In this document: positions 29,628 to 39,818 of the stretch, in pieces | Position numbering within the stretch: the stretch's first letter is position 1 | Layout of the letters: each line of letters opens with the position of its first letter | NCBI GenBank assembly: GCA_050246815.1 | Contig: JBFWVI010000001.1 | Span: forward strand, 3,433-67,432 | Length of the DNA: 64,000 nucleotides | Source of the DNA: Bdellovibrionales bacterium | Lineage (GTDB): Bacteria > Bdellovibrionota > Bdellovibrionia > Bdellovibrionales > UBA1609 | Direction: 5' to 3' | Notes under the pieces: generated by a model | The model's database searches: none | What the model saw: the letters and a program-made list of their open reading frames with translations, nothing else | What the model was told of the DNA's origin: nothing | Position numbers and translations under genes: made by a program

Positions 29628-29656
29628 TTTTTCGGTTTTGTGGGGATAAAACTTGA
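29628..29656 (-). promoter_or_regulatory. Sigma28-like promoter
   Basis: Minus strand TCAAG-N16-CCGAAAAA, 5 nt before ATG 29622. Confidence 0.5.
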
Positions 29657-29727
29657 AATCAGCGCCTCATGCTTTGGTCTAGGATTTCACCAGAGCAAAC
29701 TAGGCTTTGGGGACGATGTCCATCCAA

Positions 29728-30495
29728 CTAGAAATAAACGGAATCGCGGTTTTTGAGTTCTTCATTCAAAACTTTTTGCATTTGTTCGCGTAGGTCTTCA
29801 GCGATTTCGCGGGCTAAATTGTTGTCCTGCGCCGAGGCGGCAGGATAAGGCAATCGCACTGGCGGCAGAAATTTAATCCGCCATTTCGATGGCAACGGCA
29901 AGAAATTCAAAGGCAGTGGCAAAACCAAATTACGCCAACGTCGGCCAAAGTTAAGCTGACGTAAATTTATTTGCGATTCTTCAGCTCCAATGATCAGCAC
30001 GGGAACAATTGGCGCGCCTGTGGTCAAGGCCATGCGCACGAAGCCGCGCTTGAACTCTTGCAAGTCGTAGGCCTTCAGGGACACCTTAAAATTTCCGTGC
30101 TCGCCTTCTGGAAAAATGATTACCGGTTGATTCTTCCTCAGCACACTGAGGCCGTTGGCCATATTCGCTTCAACAAAACCCATTTTTTGGGCGGGGGATG
30201 CGGTCAACTTGCTTAAAAACCAGGCGAAGTGGGTCAGCACCCGCGGTTGGCGCCCCGTGGCTTGGCGAATTTCGTGGGACAGCAGCATGGCATCCAGCCC
30301 GGCAAAGCCCGAGTGATTGGCGGCTATAATCACAGCGCCACGCCTAGGGACATGCTCAAGGCCCTCGATCTTGAGGCGAAAGTAGCGACTCATCAGCTGC
30401 ATCAAAAGCTGTGGCAGCAAGCCGAACACCAAGGCTTCAGGTTTACTTCTAAGCCAGGGTTCAATCCAGGATGGGATCTTGATCTTTTGCCTCAT
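29728..30495 (-). CDS. Lysophospholipid acyltransferase family (PlsC/DGAT-like)
   Basis: NHSG...D, IFPEG, GFVRMAL...APIVPV; start moved to ATG 30495. Confidence 0.85.
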   Translation of the reverse strand: MRQKIKIPSWIEPWLRSKPEALVFGLLPQLLMQLMSRYFRLKIEGLEHVPRRGAVIIAANHSGFAGLDAMLLSHEIRQATGRQPRVLTHFAWFLSKLTASPAQKMGFVEANMANGLSVLRKNQPVIIFPEGEHGNFKVSLKAYDLQEFKRGFVRMALTTGAPIVPVLIIGAEESQINLRQLNFGRRWRNLVLPLPLNFLPLPSKWRIKFLPPVRLPYPAASAQDNNLAREIAEDLREQMQKVLNEELKNRDSVYF

Positions 30496-30528
30496 TATGT
30501 TTGAATGGACTACCACGAGGTGATGGCG

Positions 30529-32025
30529 ATGTCGAAATACATTCTGGCGATTGATCAGGGCACCACGGGCACGACCGTGGCGATTTTGGACCAAACCGGC
30601 GCTTTAAAGGCGCGAGTCACCCACGATTATCCGCAGCTTTACCCAAAACCAGGTTGGGTCGAGCACAATCCAGAGGAAATCTGGCGCAGCGTCACCCACG
30701 GCATAGAGGCCGCCTTAGCCCAAGGCAAAATCATGGGTCATGAGGTCGCAGCCATTGGCATCACCAATCAGCGAGAAACAGTTTTGATTTGGGATCGTCA
30801 AAGTGGCCAGCCCATCCACAACGCCATTGTCTGGCAATGTCGACGCACCACTGAGTACTGTCAAAAATTAAGAAAACGCGGTTTAGAAAAGACCATTCGT
30901 GACAAAACAGGTTTAGTGATTGATCCCTATTTTTCTGCGTCCAAGATCAATTGGCTTTTAACCAATGTACAGGGCGCACGGGCGCGTGCCGCGCGTGGCG
31001 AACTGGCGGTCGGCACCATCGACACCTTTTTGCTTTGGCGTTTAAGCGGCGGCCAAGCTCATGCAACCGATGTGTCCAATGCCTCAAGAACCCAATTGAT
31101 GAATCTCAAAACCGCAGATTGGGATGCACAACTTCTTAAAATTTTTCAAGTGCCGGCGGCCCTTTTGCCCGCCATTCAGCCTTCAAGCGGTGAATTCGCG
31201 CGCACCAAAAACTTGGCCGGTCTTCCTGACGGAATTCCGATCACCGGTGTGGCAGGTGATCAGCAGGCGGCGCTGTTTGGCCAAGCGTGTTTTCAGCCGG
31301 GTTTAGCAAAATGCACCTTTGGCACGGGCAGCTTCATGTTGCTTAATACGGGTTCGAAGATGGTGCGATCCAGAGCGGGCATGCTTACCACCGTGGCCTG
31401 GCAGTTGAAAAAGAACGGTCCCCTGACCTACGCCTTGGAAGGTGGAGCTTTTATCTGTGGTGCCGCCGTTCAATTTTTGCGCGATCAATTGGGGTTTATC
31501 AAAACCAGCGCCGAAATTGAAAGCCTCGCGGCTCAAGTGACCGACAGTGAAGGTGTGGAGTTTGTACCGGCGCTGACCGGTTTAGGCGCGCCTTACTGGG
31601 ACCCCAAAGCGCGTGGCCTGATTTGTGGGATGACCCGTGGGACCAAACGAGCCCATATCGCCCGCGCCACACTTGAGGCGATGGCCTTGCAAAATGTCGA
31701 CATCTTGACCGCCATGCAAAAAGATCTGGGGCGCAAACTGCGCGAAGTGCGGGTCGATGGTGGGGCTTCGGCCAATAACCTGTTGATGCAGTTACAAAGT
31801 GATTACTTGGGGCTGTTGATCAATCGTCCACGCATGATTGAAACCACGGTGGCGGGTGCGGCTTTTTTAGCTGGCCTAGGAGTGGGATTATGGCCTGATC
31901 TTAAAACGCTTGAGAACGTTTGGGCCAGCGACAAATTGTTTAGGCCCCACATGACCAGCAAGGTGCGCACACTGCGCTTGAAAGCTTGGCATCAAGCCGT
32001 TGAGCGTGTGCGACTAGAACTCTAG
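30529..32025 (+). CDS. glpK: Glycerol kinase
   Basis: DQGTTG, ITNQRET, YFSASK, GDQQAALFGQ, YALEG, LGAPYW. Confidence 0.96.
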   Translation: MSKYILAIDQGTTGTTVAILDQTGALKARVTHDYPQLYPKPGWVEHNPEEIWRSVTHGIEAALAQGKIMGHEVAAIGITNQRETVLIWDRQSGQPIHNAIVWQCRRTTEYCQKLRKRGLEKTIRDKTGLVIDPYFSASKINWLLTNVQGARARAARGELAVGTIDTFLLWRLSGGQAHATDVSNASRTQLMNLKTADWDAQLLKIFQVPAALLPAIQPSSGEFARTKNLAGLPDGIPITGVAGDQQAALFGQACFQPGLAKCTFGTGSFMLLNTGSKMVRSRAGMLTTVAWQLKKNGPLTYALEGGAFICGAAVQFLRDQLGFIKTSAEIESLAAQVTDSEGVEFVPALTGLGAPYWDPKARGLICGMTRGTKRAHIARATLEAMALQNVDILTAMQKDLGRKLREVRVDGGASANNLLMQLQSDYLGLLINRPRMIETTVAGAAFLAGLGVGLWPDLKTLENVWASDKLFRPHMTSKVRTLRLKAWHQAVERVRLEL

Positions 32026-32026
32026 A

Positions 32027-32791
32027 TTAACGATAGCGACAGGGTTCGCACTCTTGGGTGGCCGGAGTGCGCGAGTTGAGATCGCGGCGATAAGCAAGCA
32101 ACGAAATATCTTCGGCCATGGTTAGGGCCGCCTGGTTGGGGCCGTCGGGTTTCATTTGTTGCAACAGAGTCATCAAGCTGCCATTCCATTCGAGGTTCCC
32201 ACCCTTGATCGATGGATCGGCTTGAACCAAAAGTCGAAGGTGGATGTCTTGCAAAGAGTCGTGTTTGAATAGCGCCAAGGTTTGGCTCAGGTCGGCCATG
32301 GCTTTGCCGCTTTGTAGATCTTGATAAGTCAGCGTCCAATGGTGGCGTAAAGTGGCGCTGCGCTGCAGGGCCGTCAGCTCAGCTTCCAGCTCCTCAATTT
32401 GTGCCCTGGTCGTGCGCATGGTTTCGCGCAAAGCCGGAAGGCGAGGATGCTGGTCGTTGAACATATTCATACTGCTCGCGGCTTGGCTGGCCTGAACAAA
32501 GTGGGCGTTGAGCTGGCTGATCCGGCGGACCAACACACCCATTTCGCGGCGAGGAGAGTAGTCCTCACCCACCCATTTTTGATTGTAAAACTGCAGATCG
32601 ACGGTCAGCATCGCATTTTTTTGCTTCAAATCTTGAGTCAGGCGTTCACTAAAAACCAACCCCAAAGTGTTCAGGGGAGTGGTTGCCAGCCTGCTTTTGG
32701 TCTTCCCATGAGCATGTAAAGTGAACAAGGGCGTCCAAAAAGTCACCACGATCAGGGCAATCAGAATGTGGCGAGAAGCAATTAGGTGCAT
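32027..32791 (-). CDS. Secreted hypothetical protein with a coiled-coil segment
   Basis: GGAG RBS, signal peptide, heptad segment; upstream sigma54-like site. Confidence 0.6.
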   Translation of the reverse strand: MHLIASRHILIALIVVTFWTPLFTLHAHGKTKSRLATTPLNTLGLVFSERLTQDLKQKNAMLTVDLQFYNQKWVGEDYSPRREMGVLVRRISQLNAHFVQASQAASSMNMFNDQHPRLPALRETMRTTRAQIEELEAELTALQRSATLRHHWTLTYQDLQSGKAMADLSQTLALFKHDSLQDIHLRLLVQADPSIKGGNLEWNGSLMTLLQQMKPDGPNQAALTMAEDISLLAYRRDLNSRTPATQECEPCRYR

Positions 32792-32824
32792 TTACGCTCC
32801 ATAAATAATTATTAGAGCATCCAT

Positions 32825-32840
32825 TGCAAATTTTAATCCA
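32825..32840 (-). promoter_or_regulatory. Sigma54-like promoter
   Basis: TGGATT-N5-TTGCA on the minus strand, 33 nt before ATG 32791. Confidence 0.45.
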
Positions 32841-32845
32841 AGCGC

Positions 32846-33868
32846 TCAGTGCGTGGCTCCTGACGAGGTATGTCGCTCGGCGTCATAAAGACCGTAGGAA
32901 GCTCGAATGGACTGCAGCTCGCCCTTTAATGCATTTTCCATCAGGGTGGCTTGTTGCTCCGTGATGCACTTGATGTTCTGGCCAAACACCAGCGTCACTT
33001 TGTCCTCAGGAACAATATAGGCTCGTGTATGACGATCCAAAACGTTTTTTGAATAGTCCATTAGGCGGCGACGGTATTCGCATAGGCCCTGAAAATGGCC
33101 GCTATCAAAAGCTGCATCCGCACCGACCTCGTTTAAGCCGGCGCGGCAAGCTTGCGCGTTTTTAGTCTTTTGCTCTTGGGTGACGGACGTGGGTTCGCGC
33201 AGCAAATTTTCCATCACAAAGTCACCATTTCGACAGCGGACTTTGCCTTCTTTGGCCCAATGTCGCCAATAGACATTTTCAATAACCCAAGATGCGGCGG
33301 CTGGCGAGTGGGTGGCAAGGGGCATTATTAAATCACCAAAGGCGGCGCGTACGACAAAGTCCCCCAACAGGGCCAGCGCGCCAGCGGCAGGGGCTTTGGC
33401 GTCGGCGGCTTCGGCCGAAGCTAGGAAAAATTGAAAAAGTGAGGCCTGGGAACTCTCTTTGAAGCAATCTTGCGCCAACTTAAAAATTTGCGTCGCTTGA
33501 GTCTGATTTTTTAGCTTCAGCAGACGCCCTTGTTGGCACTTGTAAAGAGAATCCTTCATGGGAGTCCAACTTATGTTGGCCACCATGAACGCTTCTTTTT
33601 TCACCCGGAAGCGGGGTATGCGGTCTTGTGCCGAAATGCCCTGCTTTTTCAGCTCACCTAAAATTTCTTGATTTTCGGCAGGCAGTAAAATGCCCATTCT
33701 TTCATACTGCTCAAGCAGTTCCCCGAAATTTGCGAAGCTATTTAGGTAGCGCATCCATGTTAATAAATATTGTTGAGTTGGTGTTGATTTGGATTTTTTG
33801 ACTTTGGCCGAAGCTAAAGGCGCGGCCGTGAATAAGGTCGTCACCAGGGTCAGAATCATAAAGCGCAT
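32846..33868 (-). CDS. Secreted hypothetical protein
   Basis: AGGGG RBS; signal peptide ending ASA; six Cys. Confidence 0.65.
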   Translation of the reverse strand: MRFMILTLVTTLFTAAPLASAKVKKSKSTPTQQYLLTWMRYLNSFANFGELLEQYERMGILLPAENQEILGELKKQGISAQDRIPRFRVKKEAFMVANISWTPMKDSLYKCQQGRLLKLKNQTQATQIFKLAQDCFKESSQASLFQFFLASAEAADAKAPAAGALALLGDFVVRAAFGDLIMPLATHSPAAASWVIENVYWRHWAKEGKVRCRNGDFVMENLLREPTSVTQEQKTKNAQACRAGLNEVGADAAFDSGHFQGLCEYRRRLMDYSKNVLDRHTRAYIVPEDKVTLVFGQNIKCITEQQATLMENALKGELQSIRASYGLYDAERHTSSGATH

Positions 33869-34040
33869 GTGGTCCCCCTTTATCCTCGGTTACCCACTGA
33901 CGCCCAGTCCGATTCATGCTTAAGAACAGGTTAACGTACAAAGTCACGTTTTGCAGAGAGAAAAATAAAAATAATTTTAATTTAAAAATAAAGCGTGCGC
34001 CGATTTTTCAGCTGTCGAAAGTATCAACAGCCAAAGGCGT

Positions 34041-35498
34041 TTAAAGATCCAATTTTTCTTCTGAGCGTGGCGACTCGCGGCGCGTGGCCGAGGGCGCATG
34101 GCGCTCTGTACCTGTGGCGAGTTTCAGGGAAAGCCCTTTGATGTCACGAATCCAGTGGCAATTGAGTTGTTTGAGCAGGGGCGAATTTTTTAGATTGCGC
34201 TGGTTTGAGAGTGGCAAAAAGGCGGACTTGAAGCCAAGCTTGACGGCTTCTTTCAGACGGTCTTCCACAAACACGGCTGCTCGCACTTCACCTGTCAGGC
34301 CGATTTCACCCAAAAAAATCGAATTTTGCGGCAGGGGGCGAAATTGTTTAGTCGACCAAATGGCCGCCGCAATGGCCAAATCGCAGCTGGGTTCGGTCAG
34401 GCGCAGGCCTCCCACCACGTTGACGAAGATGTCTTCATGGGCCAACTCCAAATCGACAAATTTATCCAGCACAGCTGCGAGCATGTGGACTCGGTTTAAA
34501 TCCAGCCCCAAAGCCGTGCGGCGCGGATTGGCCATGGGCGAGGAGTTGGTCAGGGCTTGAACCTCGACCAGCATCGGTCGACTGCCTTCGAGCGCCGGAA
34601 AAATCGCGGCCCCCACGCGCGGTTCCGAACGTTCTTCCAAAAAAATTGCTGAAGGGTTCATCACTTCCTGCAGGCCCGCCCCGGCCATCTCAAAAACCCC
34701 AAGTTCGTTGGTCGCGCCAAAGCGGTTTTTCAGTGCCCTGAGCAGGCGGTAATGGTGTTGACCATCACCTTCGAAAGACAAAACAGTGTCCACCATGTGT
34801 TCCAAAACGCGCGGCCCGGCCAAAGATCCATCCTTGGTGACATGGCCGATGATGAAAACCGTGATGCCATGGGCCTTGGCCAAGCTCATCAATTTAGCGG
34901 CGCACTCGCGCACTTGGCCCACCGAGCCTGGTGCCGAGGCAATGTCTTCCATGTAGACGGTTTGAATCGAATCGACGATCAAGACCGAGGGCTTTTCGCC
35001 CAAAGCCAAATTCATGATGCGGTCCAAGGAACTTTCGGAGGTGATTTTTACGCCGGCGGTGGCCACCCCTAAGCGACGGGCGCGTAAAGAGATTTGCTGC
35101 ACGCTTTCTTCAGCCGAAACGTAAAGCACAGGGGCTGAGTTTTTTGCCAAACCCGCCGACATCTGCAACAGCAAAGTACTTTTGCCTATCCCCGGGTCGC
35201 CGCCGACCAAAACAAAGCTGCCGTTGACCAGCCCACCGCCTAAGACGCGGTCAAGCTCACCAAGACCCGTGCTTTGTCGGGCGACAGCGGTGATGGCGAT
35301 TTCTTCATCCAGGCGTACTAGGCTTGAGGTCGCGTCGACACCGACATTCCAGCTGCGCGCACCTCGTCCGCTGGAGGCAGGTATTTGGCGTTCTTCAACG
35401 AAAGAGTTCCAAGAGCCGCAGTCGGTGCAGCGCCCCTCCCAACGGCTTCGTTGGGTTCCACATTGCTGACAAACGAATACGCTTTTTGCTTTGGCCAT
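34041..35498 (-). CDS. radA: DNA repair protein RadA/Sms
   Basis: C4 zinc finger, GDPGIGKS, KNRFG, Lon-like C-terminus; start ATG 35498. Confidence 0.96.
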   Translation of the reverse strand: MAKAKSVFVCQQCGTQRSRWEGRCTDCGSWNSFVEERQIPASSGRGARSWNVGVDATSSLVRLDEEIAITAVARQSTGLGELDRVLGGGLVNGSFVLVGGDPGIGKSTLLLQMSAGLAKNSAPVLYVSAEESVQQISLRARRLGVATAGVKITSESSLDRIMNLALGEKPSVLIVDSIQTVYMEDIASAPGSVGQVRECAAKLMSLAKAHGITVFIIGHVTKDGSLAGPRVLEHMVDTVLSFEGDGQHHYRLLRALKNRFGATNELGVFEMAGAGLQEVMNPSAIFLEERSEPRVGAAIFPALEGSRPMLVEVQALTNSSPMANPRRTALGLDLNRVHMLAAVLDKFVDLELAHEDIFVNVVGGLRLTEPSCDLAIAAAIWSTKQFRPLPQNSIFLGEIGLTGEVRAAVFVEDRLKEAVKLGFKSAFLPLSNQRNLKNSPLLKQLNCHWIRDIKGLSLKLATGTERHAPSATRRESPRSEEKLDL

Positions 35499-35707
35499 TC
35501 TGACTAAAAGCCAGGAAATCAGTTGGCGCGTCAAGAGTCGAAATCCGGACAGGACCGCGCATTAACCAAAGGCCCGTTTAAGCGTGTCTTATTGAAGCTG
35601 GGAGTCCTCATAAGACGCCTGGCATCACGGAAGATAAATTAACATGAAGACTCGCCTTTTCAGGTGGCCTTGGGACAAGTAACATTTTTAAAGGCGCAGG
35701 GAGCCAA

Positions 35708-38176
35708 ATGTACAGCCAAGGTGCAAGCAAAACGTCGTCCATCAGGGCGCGAGTTCTGGCTATTTTTTTAGTCGGATTCGCCGGGGCGAACTTTGTGGCC
35801 ATGGCGGCTTCTAGCCACCTGGAGCAGGCGCGCGCTTTGGTGCAGGCGGGGCAAGGTGAAAAAGCGCTGGCGGCTTTAGCACCTCTTTTGGAGATCACCG
35901 CACCCGAGGATGAGCGAGTGCTAGCCTTGGTTCTAGCCGGGCAGATCCACTTAAGTTTGGGGCAGCCTGAACAGGCGCGTGAAAATTTAGAAAAAAGCCT
36001 GGTGCTGAAGTCCGCTGTTTCAGCCTACGCCTTCACTTGGTTGGGCGAGAGTTACTATCGATTGAAGCGTTACAAAGATGCACGCACGGCCTTGGAGCGT
36101 GTGGGCTACTTCAAACCGCCCGCCGAGTTGCGTAACCGTGTTCGCTTACTGCTGGCGGACATCGCCTTGGGCGAAAAAAATTATGGCGAGGCCGAGCGTC
36201 ACTTAAGCTATCTTGAGCGCAAGTGGCGCGGCTCGCTTTTTTACCCGCATGTGTTATGGCGCCATCTGCAGGCGGCCACCGTCAGGCGAAATCGTGGCAC
36301 CGCTTGCCGCTTGGCCCGTCGGCTCTATGCGCAGTATCCAACCCATCCCTTGATTTACGATTGGTCGATGGATCTTCAAAACGTGCGGGTGGAAGGGCAG
36401 CGTTTGGGTTGTGTTGCCAGCAGCAAAGATCAATCGTCGCGAGTGCGACGCTTGCAGTTGGCCGGTGAAACCGATCGCGCGCGTCGTGAGATGGAACAAT
36501 TGCGTGGTTCGGGTCGGCGCGCGGATGTGGAGCGTGCCGACATGATGCTGGTGCAATTTTTAACCAGCGACGGTTATCCCGACGAAGCTTTGAAGATCTT
36601 GGTCAAATATTACGACAGTCACAAGAACGACGTGAATTTTTTGTTGAGTCTGGCGCGGGCAGCGGCGCGTGGTGGCGAGTTTCAGACGGCTGTGGGCCTT
36701 TATCAACGTGTCCACGTTTTAGTGCCACGGGCTCGAGTGGGGCGTGAAGCTTTGTTTCAAGCCGCTTTTTTAAGTTATCAATTTCAAGACTATGACGGCG
36801 CCACAAGGCGCTTTGATCGATTCATCGATCTTTACGCCAAATCCGGATTGGCCAAGGACGCGCGTTGGAATTTGGCGTGGTTGCGCTATTTGCGGGGCGA
36901 TTTCGAAGGCGCCTACGACAGTTTAATGGCCTTGCGTGCGCCGCCAAAGGGACGCCGTCGTCGGGCGCCAACGCGCGATGACCGGGCGATCTACTGGTCG
37001 GCGATGTGTCTGGCCAAAATGGGTAAAAGCGCCGAGGCCAAGGAGCTGTTTGACAGTCTTGAAAAGCCGGATCCCAGCAGTTTTTACGCCCTGGCCGCGC
37101 GGGCCAGACGTGAAAGCCTGCCGGCGCCCAAACTCAAAGATGAGTTGCCACTTCGCGATTTGGCCGCCACCGCGCCTGCAGAAAATCCGACGGTGGTGAA
37201 TCCGCTTGAAGCCGCTGATGCGCCCTCTGAAAACGAGTCTGAAGACAATCTGACTTTGAACCAAGAGGACTCCCAAATCGGTGAAGACGGCGGCGAAAAT
37301 GCGGCTCTCGAGTTAGGTGATGAGATTTTGGATAGCGACACGGACGAAAAGGTGGAAATCAGCGATTTTCGCGATCCAAGGCTGCGGCGCCACTTTGAAG
37401 TGGCGCAAGATTTGTTGTTGATCGGTATGCCGGATTGGGCGCGCCATGAACTCTTTGAGGTGGAGCGCCGCACTCGAAACCCCGGATATTTGAAAAGCCT
37501 GATTAAGAGCTATGAGGCTATGGGCTCTTACCATCGATCTGTGGCCATTAGCGACACCTTCTTTGTCGGCGAGCGTTTGCAAGGCGGATACAGTGGTGCC
37601 AAGGGTCTTTGGGAGACCTCGTACCCCCGCGCTTTTCGCAATTACGTCGAGCGCTTCGCGGATCAATTTTCAACGCCCTCTGAGCTGGTGTGGGCGATCA
37701 TGCGTGCCGAAAGTCATTTTAAGCCAGATGTGATGTCGCCGGTCGGGGCCAAAGGTTTGTTGCAACTGATGCCCAACACGGGGCTGCAAGTTTCACGCAT
37801 TTTAGATCAAGAAGAGAACTTTCAAGTCATGAGTTTGCTAAACCCCGAGGTCAATGTGCGTTTGGGCACGCGCTATTTGCTTAGGCTTTCCACTAAATTC
37901 AAAAATTCTTGGCCCTTGGTGGCCGCGGCCTACAACGCTGGTCCGCACCGTGTCGACAATTGGCTGACCAACTTCGGCCATCTTGAAATGGATGAGTTCA
38001 TTGAACATATTCCGTTTTTAGAGACCCGCAACTACGTGAAGAAAGTGGTACGCAATTACGCCGCCTACCGCGCGCTTTACTCCAATGATCAGCGCATCTT
38101 GGCATGGTTGGCCGACCCTGTGCCCGTGAAGGGGGATGGGCGTCCGGCGCTGCGCGAAATCTGGGACACTCCTTGA
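35708..38176 (+). CDS. slt: TPR-containing soluble lytic murein transglycosylase (Slt70-like)
   Basis: TPR-like helices; C-terminal SLT domain with RAES, GLLQLMP, AYNAG, ETRNYV. Confidence 0.88.
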   Translation: MYSQGASKTSSIRARVLAIFLVGFAGANFVAMAASSHLEQARALVQAGQGEKALAALAPLLEITAPEDERVLALVLAGQIHLSLGQPEQARENLEKSLVLKSAVSAYAFTWLGESYYRLKRYKDARTALERVGYFKPPAELRNRVRLLLADIALGEKNYGEAERHLSYLERKWRGSLFYPHVLWRHLQAATVRRNRGTACRLARRLYAQYPTHPLIYDWSMDLQNVRVEGQRLGCVASSKDQSSRVRRLQLAGETDRARREMEQLRGSGRRADVERADMMLVQFLTSDGYPDEALKILVKYYDSHKNDVNFLLSLARAAARGGEFQTAVGLYQRVHVLVPRARVGREALFQAAFLSYQFQDYDGATRRFDRFIDLYAKSGLAKDARWNLAWLRYLRGDFEGAYDSLMALRAPPKGRRRRAPTRDDRAIYWSAMCLAKMGKSAEAKELFDSLEKPDPSSFYALAARARRESLPAPKLKDELPLRDLAATAPAENPTVVNPLEAADAPSENESEDNLTLNQEDSQIGEDGGENAALELGDEILDSDTDEKVEISDFRDPRLRRHFEVAQDLLLIGMPDWARHELFEVERRTRNPGYLKSLIKSYEAMGSYHRSVAISDTFFVGERLQGGYSGAKGLWETSYPRAFRNYVERFADQFSTPSELVWAIMRAESHFKPDVMSPVGAKGLLQLMPNTGLQVSRILDQEENFQVMSLLNPEVNVRLGTRYLLRLSTKFKNSWPLVAAAYNAGPHRVDNWLTNFGHLEMDEFIEHIPFLETRNYVKKVVRNYAAYRALYSNDQRILAWLADPVPVKGDGRPALREIWDTP

Positions 38177-38228
38177 CATATATATGGCCTGAACTAAAAC
38201 CACCCCTTTAGTTGAAAGGGGAACGGGT

Positions 38229-39818
38229 ATGCGTCGATGGTTGGGATTGGGTGCCGCCTTGTTGGTGGTCTTGGTTTTGGGTTGCACAAAACGCGAACAA
38301 AAAGCCGAGTACGGTCTGCCGCTGAAAGACACTTTACGAATCAACGTTCTGCAAGAGCCCCCGTCCTTGGATTGGAGCAAGTCCACCGACACCACATCTT
38401 CGCTTATTGAAAACAACATTATGGAAGGTTTGGTCGAATACGACCTGAATGATCCGGAGTTGGGATTGGTGCCGGGTCTTGCCACCGAATGGAGGCCCAG
38501 CAACAATGCTCAAACGTGGACCTTCGTGATTCGAAAAGGCGTTAAGTGGACCGATGGCGTGGACTTCACCGGCCAACATGTGATTGACGGTTGGGAACGG
38601 ATCTTGAATGCCGCCACCGCCTCTGAATATGCCTACTTTTTGTTTGGTGTGAAAAACGCCCAAGCTTACAACCAAGGTAAGATCAAAGACTTCTCGCAAG
38701 TTGGCGTGAAATTGACGGCGGATGGCAATTTGGTTGTCGAGCTGGAGCAGCCGAAAAGTTATTTCCCTTACCTGATGGCGCATCATTCGACCTTCCCGCT
38801 GCGAAAAGACGTGATCGCCAAACACGGTGATCGCTGGACTGACCCCGCGAATATCGTCACCTTGGGCGCTTACAAGCTGAAGATTTGGGAGCATGATAAG
38901 GCGTTGGTGCTGGAGCGAAACGATCTGTATCATGGCGAAAAAGCCAAGACAAAGTATGTACTTGCTTACATGATCAACGAAATGTCGACCGCGATTAACC
39001 TTTTTGACTCAAAGAAATTGGATTTTCAATACAGCTTGCCCTCGCGTGAGCTGCGCCAGCTTCGTCAACGAAAAGAATATCGCGAAAGCGGTATCCTGGG
39101 GATTTACTACTACGGCTTCAATGTGCGCAAACCGCCGTTTAATGATCCTCGCGTCCGCAAAGCTTTTGCCATGGGCGTGGACCGCAAACAAGTCACCGAA
39201 ATGTTAGCCGGCGGACAAATTCCGCTGTCGGGCTGGATTCCGGCTGGCATGTTTGGCTATGAAAGCGATCGCGGCCTAAAGTTTAATGTCGAAGAAGCCA
39301 ATAAGCTTTTAGACCAAGCCGGCTATAAAGATCGAAGCCGCTTTCCGAAAATTAAATTGGGTTTCAACACCAACGAAGATCATCAGCGCGTGGCTGAAAA
39401 CGTTCAGGCCCAAATCAAAAAGAATTTGGGAATCGATATCGAAATGGCCAATGAAGAGTGGAAAGTCTATTTGGCCACCTTGCGCTCGAACACTCCGGCA
39501 ATCTTTCGTTTGGGCTGGTTGGCCGATTATCCTGATCCTGACAATTTCATGAACTTGATGGCCAGTTACTCAGAAAACAATCACACCGGCTGGAAGAACA
39601 AAAAGTACGACGATCAAGTTTCAAAAGCAGTCAGTATCACCGATAAAGAAAAACGCCGCAAAGTCTATTCAGATGCGCAAAAAATGCTAACCGAAGACGA
39701 GGTTCCGGCGTGGCCGATCTATTCGATGGTGTCGCAGGTGTTGATCGATGAGCGTGTTAAGGGCTTAAAAGAAAACGCCATGAACCGCTATCTGTTTAAG
39801 ACGGTCTCCTTGCAGTGA
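38229..39818 (+). CDS. oppA: Oligopeptide ABC transporter substrate-binding lipoprotein
   Basis: Lipobox VLGC; EPPSLD, PGLA..W, GWLADYPDP. Confidence 0.92.
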   Translation: MRRWLGLGAALLVVLVLGCTKREQKAEYGLPLKDTLRINVLQEPPSLDWSKSTDTTSSLIENNIMEGLVEYDLNDPELGLVPGLATEWRPSNNAQTWTFVIRKGVKWTDGVDFTGQHVIDGWERILNAATASEYAYFLFGVKNAQAYNQGKIKDFSQVGVKLTADGNLVVELEQPKSYFPYLMAHHSTFPLRKDVIAKHGDRWTDPANIVTLGAYKLKIWEHDKALVLERNDLYHGEKAKTKYVLAYMINEMSTAINLFDSKKLDFQYSLPSRELRQLRQRKEYRESGILGIYYYGFNVRKPPFNDPRVRKAFAMGVDRKQVTEMLAGGQIPLSGWIPAGMFGYESDRGLKFNVEEANKLLDQAGYKDRSRFPKIKLGFNTNEDHQRVAENVQAQIKKNLGIDIEMANEEWKVYLATLRSNTPAIFRLGWLADYPDPDNFMNLMASYSENNHTGWKNKKYDDQVSKAVSITDKEKRRKVYSDAQKMLTEDEVPAWPIYSMVSQVLIDERVKGLKENAMNRYLFKTVSLQ

